Source: a virus
IMG/VR virus record: IMGVR_UViG_3300021963_004854
Location: 32,001 to 96,000 of that record
Length of the DNA: 64,000 nucleotides
Strand: one strand, 5' to 3'
The notes under the pieces are model-generated. The model was not told where the DNA came from, ran no database searches, and worked only from the letters and a program-made list of their open reading frames with translations. The position numbers and the translations under genes are program-made. Shown here one piece after another: positions 57,281 through 64,000 of this stretch. The stretch's first letter is position 1; each line of letters begins with the position of its first letter.

Positions 57281-57735
57281 TGGATGGTATTCTAGAGGGT
57301 CTTGGTGATCCGAAGGTAGAATACAAGCCAGAAGACTTTGTAGAGAAGAAAGCCAAAATCTCTCCCTTCGATTTCATCAACGATATCAATCACAAAAAAT
57401 CTAATCTCATTGTAGATGACTGGGCCGAGAAGCAATACAATCCTTGGATAATCAATCGCGGTTTGAGTTTCGCTATAGACACGGTGATTCCAGCCAATGA
57501 GATGAACTGTCGACCACACCTAGATAAAGCATTACAAAACTCTTTTCTTATAAATACAATACGCGCAAAGAAGCGATTTGATAAATGGATCAAAATCGAA
57601 GACGATGCCGAAATTGAGATGATTAAAGAGTATTATGGTTATAGCAATGACAAGGCTCGCCAGGCTCTTACAATTCTCTCGGAAGAACAAAAGAAAATAA
57701 TAAAAGAGAAATTGTATAAAGGTGGTAGAAAATGA
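57280..57735 (+). CDS. gp62: Clamp loader small subunit gp62
   Basis: PFDFIN.IN, Y.PWIINR.LS, ANEMN, IKEYYGYSNDKA. Confidence 0.93.
   Translation: MDGILEGLGDPKVEYKPEDFVEKKAKISPFDFINDINHKKSNLIVDDWAEKQYNPWIINRGLSFAIDTVIPANEMNCRPHLDKALQNSFLINTIRAKKRFDKWIKIEDDAEIEMIKEYYGYSNDKARQALTILSEEQKKIIKEKLYKGGRK
57549..57556 (+). promoter_or_regulatory. Late promoter TATAAATA inside gp62, upstream of regA
   Basis: Exact consensus. Confidence 0.45.
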
Positions 57736-58148
57736 GCGAAGATTTTTTTGACATTGACTTTCCTGGTTACGCACCACTGGAAGTCAAACTAAAGAATCCT
57801 GATGACTTTCTTAAGGTTCGCGAAACACTTTCGCGTATTGGCGTTGCGTCTCGGAAAGATAAGGTTCTTTATCAATCGTGTCATATTCTACACAAGCAAG
57901 GTAGATACTTTATTGTTCACTTTAAGGAACTCTTTGCCCTAGATGGTAAGGATGCTGACTTTAGTGATAACGATCTACAGCGTAGAAATACAGTGGCACA
58001 CCTACTCTCTGATTGGGGTCTGATTACTATTCTCAATCCAGAAATCCATGAGGACAAAGCTCCTCTAAATCAAATCAAGGTCATTGCTTATAAAGAAAAA
58101 GGCGAATGGGAACTAGTTCAAAAGTATAACATTGGTCGCAAAAAGTAA
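57732..58148 (+). CDS. regA: Translational repressor RegA
   Basis: PDDFLKVRETL.RIG.AS, LYQSCHILHKQG.Y.IVHFKELFALDG, KY.IG. Confidence 0.97.
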   Translation: MSEDFFDIDFPGYAPLEVKLKNPDDFLKVRETLSRIGVASRKDKVLYQSCHILHKQGRYFIVHFKELFALDGKDADFSDNDLQRRNTVAHLLSDWGLITILNPEIHEDKAPLNQIKVIAYKEKGEWELVQKYNIGRKK

Positions 58149-58179
58149 TTGACATAATATAAAAATTGGTGTATAAATA
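58149..58179 (+). promoter_or_regulatory. Composite promoter for hsp20 (TTGACA-17-TATAAATA)
   Basis: Consensus -35 spaced 17 nt from a late TATAAATA box. Confidence 0.7.
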
Positions 58180-58211
58180 AAGGGTGCTATGCTTCGGATA
58201 GCACCCTTTTT
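58179..58211 (+). terminator. Terminator-like hairpin with a cUUCGg loop
   Basis: AAAGGGTGCTAT-GCTTCGG-ATAGCACCCTTT-TT. Confidence 0.75.
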
Positions 58212-58237
58212 ATTACTCGCTTAATAGGAGAACAATT

Positions 58238-58726
58238 ATGAAATTTGATACTACAAGTTTACCAAACATCGACCGTTATTTCGTTGGCGCAGACCGCGTT
58301 ATGAAAAGGTTAGCAGATATTGCTGACCAATCTGCGCACATGATGCCAGTTAAATATCCTCCATACAATATCAAGAAAGTTGATGAAAATCGCTACGTTA
58401 TCGAAATGGCAGTTGCTGGTTTCGGTAAGACGGATATTGATATTGAACTACAAGAGGGCATGTTGTCCATCCAAGGGAAGTGCGAAACGCCTGACCCGGA
58501 GCAATATCTCTACAAGGGAATTGCTGAACGAGGATTCAAGCGCGAATTTACTCTTGCTGACAACGTTGAAGTAAAAAGTTCCACACTGGTCAATGGTATG
58601 CTGAAAATTTGGCTGGAAGCATTGATTCCAGAAGAAAAGAAGCCAAAGAAAATCGACATTACCGACGGTGATAATGAATATCCATCGGAAGCTGCCGAAT
58701 TCTTGGCAGAAGGTAAAACTAAGTAA
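58238..58726 (+). CDS. hsp20: Small heat-shock protein Hsp20 (IbpA-like)
   Basis: YPPYNI, IEMAVAGF, YLYKGIAER.F.R.F.LA, L.NGML.I, IPEEKKP..I.I. Confidence 0.95.
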   Translation: MKFDTTSLPNIDRYFVGADRVMKRLADIADQSAHMMPVKYPPYNIKKVDENRYVIEMAVAGFGKTDIDIELQEGMLSIQGKCETPDPEQYLYKGIAERGFKREFTLADNVEVKSSTLVNGMLKIWLEALIPEEKKPKKIDITDGDNEYPSEAAEFLAEGKTK

Positions 58727-58824
58727 TGTTTAATCACAAGTATGTTTTACCCGTCTCTCGTGCAGCCCATATCACAGTAGCAAGTTTGCTAATGATTATG
58801 GGTTATGCAATTCTAACAATCTAA
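58726..58824 (+). CDS. 32-aa hydrophobic peptide
   Basis: TAATG overlap with hsp20; MFNHKYVLPVSRAAHITVASLLMIMGYAILTI. Confidence 0.45.
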   Translation: MFNHKYVLPVSRAAHITVASLLMIMGYAILTI

Positions 58825-58846
58825 ATAATTTAAAAAGGTGACTGTT

Positions 58847-59146
58847 ATGTCCAATGTCAAATGTGTAAAGCTAATCAGCGGCGAGGAAATCATTGCTGAT
58901 ATTGATGAAGGTATTGAAGGCCTCGTTATTCTGAAAAAGCCTCTACTGATTATGATGGTGCCAAACCAGAACAATCAATTTGGCATTGGACTAGCACCCT
59001 TCTGTCCGTATGCCCAGGACGGAGATATTCCTGTTCGTTCTGGTGCCGTAATTTCAATTTTCGAACCTGATACTGGTATGAAGAATGAGTATAATGTTCG
59101 ATTTGGTAGTGGCATTGTAATGCCGGAAAGCAAGATTATCGTATGA
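58847..59146 (+). CDS. Conserved T4-like hypothetical protein (Sm-like fold suspected)
   Basis: VKCVKLISGEEIIA, KPL, LAPF.PY, Y...FGSGIV.P. Confidence 0.75.
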   Translation: MSNVKCVKLISGEEIIADIDEGIEGLVILKKPLLIMMVPNQNNQFGIGLAPFCPYAQDGDIPVRSGAVISIFEPDTGMKNEYNVRFGSGIVMPESKIIV

Positions 59147-59565
59147 AACTATTCACAGCATTTTTAGCCGCTTCTCTAATTGCGACTCCCGCTCTAGCAG
59201 TAGAGCATTCGTGGAAGGTAACAAGAGTTATGGACGGCGACACAATCGAAGTCGAAGCTCCATGGGTACCAGCTCCAATTCCTCCGGTAATTAAAATCCG
59301 TGTATTGGGTGTTGATACTCCTGAAAAAGGTGGACGCGCACAGTGTCCTAAGGAAGCAGCGGCAGGTGAAGCAGCAACAAACTTTACTAAGTCTGTAATC
59401 AAACCCGGACAGGTTATTCAGGTTGACCTTAAAGAATGGGACAAGTTTGGTGGTCGTGTTCTTGGTTATGTAAAGTATAACGGCAAGGATTTGTCGGCTG
59501 AACTTATCAAGGGCGGACTTGCTCGTGCCTATATGGGCGAAAAGAAAGCATCATGGTGTAACTAA
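59143..59565 (+). CDS. Thermonuclease (SNase-like) with a signal peptide
   Basis: RVMDGDTI, IRVLGVDTPE, DKFGGRVL, LIKGGLAR.Y; leader ending TPALA. Confidence 0.88.
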   Translation: MKLFTAFLAASLIATPALAVEHSWKVTRVMDGDTIEVEAPWVPAPIPPVIKIRVLGVDTPEKGGRAQCPKEAAAGEAATNFTKSVIKPGQVIQVDLKEWDKFGGRVLGYVKYNGKDLSAELIKGGLARAYMGEKKASWCN

Positions 59566-59571
59566 AACCTC

Positions 59572-59600
59572 TTTACTTTTGTCATGTTTTATAGTATATT
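59572..59600 (+). promoter_or_regulatory. Putative sigma70-like promoter for gp43
   Basis: TTTACT-17-TATATT. Confidence 0.5.
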
Positions 59601-59626
59601 AGTATTTGAATTGAAAAGAGGTTTAC

Positions 59627-62152
59627 ATGAAGTTTTATACCAGCGCACACCAATATGGCTCCAAGATTCTCGTTCGAGGTGTTCATAATGGTGTGCGCTT
59701 CAATCGTAGGGAAGACTTCTCTCCCACTCTCTATGTGAAGAGTAAAGAAGAAAGCATCCACAAGTCGCTGTATGGTGAGAACCTTCAGCCGATTGATTTC
59801 GAAACCAATAACGAAGCCAAAGAGTTTGTCCAAACATATGGTGAAGTCGATAACTTTGCCATCTATGGTCAGACTAACTTTGGCTATCAGTATATCACTC
59901 GCACTTTTCCCAAAGAAATTCAATGGGATATGAATGCGCTAAAGATACAGACTGTAGATATCGAAACGAAAACCGAGTTTGGTTTTCCTGATATCAATAA
60001 TCCCATCGAAGAGATTCTCCTCATCACGGTCAAGGACCTAGTTTCCCGTCAAATTATTACCTATGGTTGCGGAGACTTTGATGATAAGAACTCTGAAATT
60101 ATCAATAACCTTCGAGCTAGTGGTAATAAGTTTCTGTATGTCAAGTGTGACAATGAACGTGACCTATTAGAAACCTATGTCCGTTTCCATTCTGATAATC
60201 ATCCAGATATCATTACTGGTTGGAACGTTGAACTGTTCGATATTGCATATCTGATTGCCCGTGTAGAGCGACTGTTCAATGATGAAAATGCCACTAAGAA
60301 GAAGTTTTCTCCTTGGGGTCTTGTGCAGCGCAAGAACATGAACGTCATGGGTCGCGAGATGTTCACCTATGAAATGAAGGGTATTGCTGTTCTAGATTAC
60401 TTAGACCTCTTTAAGAAGTTCACATATTCTAACCAAGAGTCCTATAAGCTAGACCACATTGCTTCCGTAGAACTTGGTAAGAACAAGCTGGAAAATCCGT
60501 ATGAAAGTTTCCGTGAGTTTTATACCAAAGATTGGCAGCGGTTCGTTGAATACAACGTTGTTGACGTTGAAATTGTGGACGAACTTGAACGTAAGTTAAA
60601 GTTGATTGAACTTATTCTCACTATGGCATATGACGCCAAGTGTAATTACAATGACGTTTTCTCACAGGTTCGAACTTGGGATTGTATTATCTACAATCAC
60701 TTGTATGCCAAGAACATTCACATTCCACAGAAGCGTGACCAACAGGGCCGCGGCATCGAGGGTGCATTCGTCAAAGAACCTAAGCCAGGTAAGTATGACT
60801 GGGTTGTTTCGTTTGACGCAACTTCGCTATATCCTTCCATCATTATGCAGTATAACCAATCGCCCGAAACATTGGTGAATGGTACTGTATACGATACTAC
60901 TGTAAAGGGTCTTCTAAATCGTCAACATGATTTGTCTAGTCTTCAGGACCAAGACTATTGTATGACTGCGAATGGTTATTGTTATACTCGCACTAAGCAG
61001 GGTATCTTTCCTGAGATTGTTGAAAAGTTCTTTGATGACCGTCAACGCTACAAGAAGTTGATGATTGCGGCTCAGAAGGAATACGAGAGCACCAAGAATG
61101 AAAAGCTAAGAAACGATATTTCTAAATATAATAACTTCCAGATGGCAAGAAAGATTCAGTTGAACTCTCTCTTTGGTGCCATGGGTAATGAATACTTCCG
61201 TTACTATGATGCCCGCGTAGCAGAGGGTATCACCATGACTGGCCAGTTTATCATTCAAGAGGTTGGCAATGCTCTAAATGAATACCTTAATAAGGTTGTA
61301 GGTACCGAGAACCATGACTACTCTTTCTACTCTGATACTGATTCTTGTTACATTTCCTTGGACCCTCTTGTTCGTAAGTTTTATCCTAATGTGGACCGCG
61401 ATAAGCTCATTGATATTCTCGATAAAATCTGCGAAGAGAAAATCACAGAGGCAATCAACAAGAGTTGTGATCGACTTGCGAACTACACGAATGCATTTCA
61501 GAAGAAAATTATCTTCAAGCGTGAAGCAATCGCGGAACGTGGCATCTGGGTTGCAAAGAAACGGTATGCACTTAATGTCTATGACAACGAAGGCGTCCGT
61601 TACAAAGATCCGAAGCTCAAGGTCATGGGTCTCGAAATCGTTAGGTCATCGACGCCCGCGCCCGTTCGCACGAGTCTCAAAGAAGCCGTCAGACTCTGCC
61701 TGACTACAGATGAAGAGACACTACAGAAGTTCATTGAAGTTACCCGCGAGAACTTCAACAGACTTTCACCAGAAGAGATTGCGTTCCCTCGTGGTGTAAA
61801 TGGCCTACAGAAGTATACATCAACATCGGACATTTATGCCAAAGGTACACCGATGCATGTTCGTGGCGCCCTGATGTATAACCATCTAATCGCCAAGCAG
61901 AAACTTGATAAGAAGTATGAACTTATTCAAGAAGGTGAGAAGATTAAATTTCTTTATCTTAAAGAGCCAAATACAATTCGTGAAAATTGTATCGCTTTTC
62001 TTGGAACTATGCCAAAAGAACTTGACATTCACAAGTATATAGATTATAAGATGATGTTCCAGAAAGCATTTCTTGACCCACTTAATATGATTGTTGACGG
62101 CTTAGGCTGGTCGACCGAACCTAAAGCAACATTGGAGGACTTATTCGCATGA
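59627..62152 (+). CDS. gp43: Family B DNA polymerase gp43
   Basis: DIET, TGWN...FD, YN..D, SFDATSLYPS, K..LNS.FG, YSDTDS, KKRY. Confidence 0.98.
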   Translation: MKFYTSAHQYGSKILVRGVHNGVRFNRREDFSPTLYVKSKEESIHKSLYGENLQPIDFETNNEAKEFVQTYGEVDNFAIYGQTNFGYQYITRTFPKEIQWDMNALKIQTVDIETKTEFGFPDINNPIEEILLITVKDLVSRQIITYGCGDFDDKNSEIINNLRASGNKFLYVKCDNERDLLETYVRFHSDNHPDIITGWNVELFDIAYLIARVERLFNDENATKKKFSPWGLVQRKNMNVMGREMFTYEMKGIAVLDYLDLFKKFTYSNQESYKLDHIASVELGKNKLENPYESFREFYTKDWQRFVEYNVVDVEIVDELERKLKLIELILTMAYDAKCNYNDVFSQVRTWDCIIYNHLYAKNIHIPQKRDQQGRGIEGAFVKEPKPGKYDWVVSFDATSLYPSIIMQYNQSPETLVNGTVYDTTVKGLLNRQHDLSSLQDQDYCMTANGYCYTRTKQGIFPEIVEKFFDDRQRYKKLMIAAQKEYESTKNEKLRNDISKYNNFQMARKIQLNSLFGAMGNEYFRYYDARVAEGITMTGQFIIQEVGNALNEYLNKVVGTENHDYSFYSDTDSCYISLDPLVRKFYPNVDRDKLIDILDKICEEKITEAINKSCDRLANYTNAFQKKIIFKREAIAERGIWVAKKRYALNVYDNEGVRYKDPKLKVMGLEIVRSSTPAPVRTSLKEAVRLCLTTDEETLQKFIEVTRENFNRLSPEEIAFPRGVNGLQKYTSTSDIYAKGTPMHVRGALMYNHLIAKQKLDKKYELIQEGEKIKFLYLKEPNTIRENCIAFLGTMPKELDIHKYIDYKMMFQKAFLDPLNMIVDGLGWSTEPKATLEDLFA

Positions 62153-63213
62153 ATGCGCTACTAGATAAATTGAAGAAGAACAGCACCATTAAAGAAACAA
62201 ATGTGCTATCAGAAAGCAAACTCTTTAGCACTAAGGATCTTATCCAGACCTCAGTGCCTGCCTTAAACGTGGCACTGTCAGGTAAGTTAGACGGTGGTCT
62301 GACTCCCGGGTTGACTGTCTTTGCGGGGCCATCGAAGCACTTCAAGACTGCCTTTGCCATGATGCTGGCTAAGAGTTTTCAGACAAAGTATCCCGATGGC
62401 ATCATTCTGTTCTATGACTCCGAGTTTGGTGCACCACAGTCATACTTTGAAAACTTTGGCATCGATACGGGTAAGGTTATCCATACACCTATCACCGACA
62501 TTGAACAGTTGAAGCATGATGTTATGAAACAGATTAATGAGATTGAACGTAAAGATAACGTCATGATCATTGTTGACTCTGTTGGCAACCTTGCTTCTAA
62601 GAAAGAAGTTGATGATGCCCTAGATGGTAAGTCGGTTGCAGATATGACTCGCGCCAAGCAGATGAAGTCTCTGTTCCGTATGATTACACCACATCTTACC
62701 ATCAAGGATCTCCCGATGGTAGTTGTCAATCATACTTACATGGAAATCGGTATGTTCCCCAAGGCAATCGTCTCTGGTGGCACTGGCATCTACTACTCTG
62801 CCGACAATATCTTTATCATTGGTCGCCAGCAAGAGAAGCAGGGTACCGAGATTGTTGGTTATAACTTTATCATCAACGTTGAAAAGTCTCGCTACGTTCG
62901 TGAGAAGTCCAAGATTCCTATCGAAGTTACCTTCGAAGGTGGTATCAGTAAGTGGTCTGGTCTGCTAGACATTGCACTAGAATCCGGTCACGTTATTAAG
63001 CCATCGAATGGTTGGTATCAGATTGCAACCGATGAGAAGAAGTATCGTCTTGCTGATACATACAACAAGGAATTCTGGATGCCTGTATTGACAGATCCTA
63101 CCTTTGGTGAATGGATTGAAAAGAGATACCGCATGGCAGGTGGGCAAATGATGGAGGGTGAAAATGTGGACATTTCTGACGAAGATATTTCAGAGGAATA
63201 CGAAAACCTGTGA
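62149..63213 (+). CDS. uvsX: RecA-like recombinase UvsX
   Basis: LNVALSG, AGPSKHFKT, FYDSEFG, DSVGNLASKKE, DMTRAK, SGGTG..YS. Confidence 0.97.
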   Translation: MNALLDKLKKNSTIKETNVLSESKLFSTKDLIQTSVPALNVALSGKLDGGLTPGLTVFAGPSKHFKTAFAMMLAKSFQTKYPDGIILFYDSEFGAPQSYFENFGIDTGKVIHTPITDIEQLKHDVMKQINEIERKDNVMIIVDSVGNLASKKEVDDALDGKSVADMTRAKQMKSLFRMITPHLTIKDLPMVVVNHTYMEIGMFPKAIVSGGTGIYYSADNIFIIGRQQEKQGTEIVGYNFIINVEKSRYVREKSKIPIEVTFEGGISKWSGLLDIALESGHVIKPSNGWYQIATDEKKYRLADTYNKEFWMPVLTDPTFGEWIEKRYRMAGGQMMEGENVDISDEDISEEYENL

Positions 63214-63385
63214 GCATTGCGGTTGCGGCATCAATCCTAAGAAAGATGCCGCAATCTGCCTACACGGTGAAGAGCATGGCATTGTTTTCGAACAGTGGGT
63301 ATGCGAAGATTGCTGTATGAAAATCGCTTATGAATACGAAGCATATTATGAACTAGAGGACTCCGCAGTTGTCGAAGAAAATTGA
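63164..63385 (+). CDS. Small Zn-finger-like protein
   Basis: CEHC...CEDC; GGAGG SD 6 nt before ATG 63164; overlaps uvsX and gp41. Confidence 0.55.
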   Translation: MWTFLTKIFQRNTKTCEHCGCGINPKKDAAICLHGEEHGIVFEQWVCEDCCMKIAYEYEAYYELEDSAVVEEN

Positions 63386-64000
63386 AACGATTATCCTGAG
63401 TAAGTTGATTTCGGATGAGGATTACCTGCGTAAGGTAATCCCATTCATTAAAGATGAATATTTTACTGACAATGCCGAGAAGTTAATCTATCGGTATATC
63501 AATGAGTTTGTAGCCAAATATAATTCTCTTCCGACAATTGATGCTATCAACATTGCTCTACAGAATGACCGTAAGGTGAATGAAAAAGAGTATCAACATG
63601 TTACTGAAACTCTAACTGCACTTGATGATGAAGTAGATGCCAATGAGAAGTGGCTTCTAGACCAGACTGAAAAGTTCTGTAAAGACCGAGCCGTGTATAA
63701 CGCCATCATGCAATCTATTCAGATTATCGATGGGGAAGACAAGGTGCATTCGCAAGACGGCATCCCTTCTATTCTTCAAGATGCGCTATCAGTTGGCTTT
63801 GATAACAACGTGGGTCATGACTATATCGATAACGCCGACAATCGTTTTGACTTCTATCATCGGTCAGAAACCAAGCTACCGTTTGACCTTGAGATGTTCA
63901 ACAAGATTACCAATGGTGGTCTGCCAAATAAGACATTGAATATTGCTCTTGCTGGTACTGGTGTTGGTAAGTCGCTGTTCATGTGCCACATGGCAGCCGG
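63369..64000 (+). CDS. gp41: Replicative helicase gp41 (3'-truncated; TTG start)
   Basis: Manual translation MSKKIETIILSKLISDEDYLRKVIPFIKDEYF...TEKFCKDRAVYNAI...GHDY...GGLPNKTLNIALAGTGVGKSLFMCH; AGAGGA SD. Confidence 0.95.
   Translation, partial: MSKKIETIILSKLISDEDYLRKVIPFIKDEYFTDNAEKLIYRYINEFVAKYNSLPTIDAINIALQNDRKVNEKEYQHVTETLTALDDEVDANEKWLLDQTEKFCKDRAVYNAIMQSIQIIDGEDKVHSQDGIPSILQDALSVGFDNNVGHDYIDNADNRFDFYHRSETKLPFDLEMFNKITNGGLPNKTLNIALAGTGVGKSLFMCHMAA

Noticed and set aside
63730-63939. 69-aa ORF from the track
   Set aside because: Out-of-frame ORF inside gp41
1-64000. tRNAs, introns, inteins, homing endonucleases, stop-codon recoding
   Set aside because: None seen by eye; core genes (gp17, gp20, gp23, gp43, uvsW, uvsX) are uninterrupted and of normal length in the standard code

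Overview
A 64-kb segment of a T4-like myovirus genome. Its gene layout follows the marine/soil T4-like type (a VrlC-like protein where T4 has gp9-12), and the host is probably an alphaproteobacterium (inferred from the Prx, Hsp20 and secreted-protein styles and from GANTC-bearing promoters). Left to right: (1) baseplate genes (probable gp5 end with an M15 peptidase, gp25, gp6, gp7, gp8, VrlC-like); (2) a Tyr/Gly/Arg-repeat fibre-like protein followed by a convergent cluster of five glycosyltransferases, a 2OG-Fe(II)-oxygenase-like protein and a methyltransferase-like protein; (3) modular tail-fibre/appendage genes; (4) the neck-terminase-tail-head block (gp13-gp23, gp3); (5) uvsY, uvsW, gp55, gp47/46; (6) auxiliary genes (sulfotransferase, peptide deformylase, ClpP-like, HAD, MoxR/VWA pair, peroxiredoxin, Hsp20, exported nuclease); (7) the replisome (gp45, 44, 62, regA, 43, uvsX, partial 41). 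Late promoters are TATAAATA and early promoters are sigma70-like. Best leads: a putative late-expressed virion glycosylation/modification system next to candidate substrates; four early promoters with a position-fixed CGAWTCG (CcrM/GcrA-type) motif; a twin-hairpin CACUAA 5' leader on the gp44-62-regA operon; and a plug-and-socket family of fibre modules. All assignments come from motif recognition and synteny; no searches were run.
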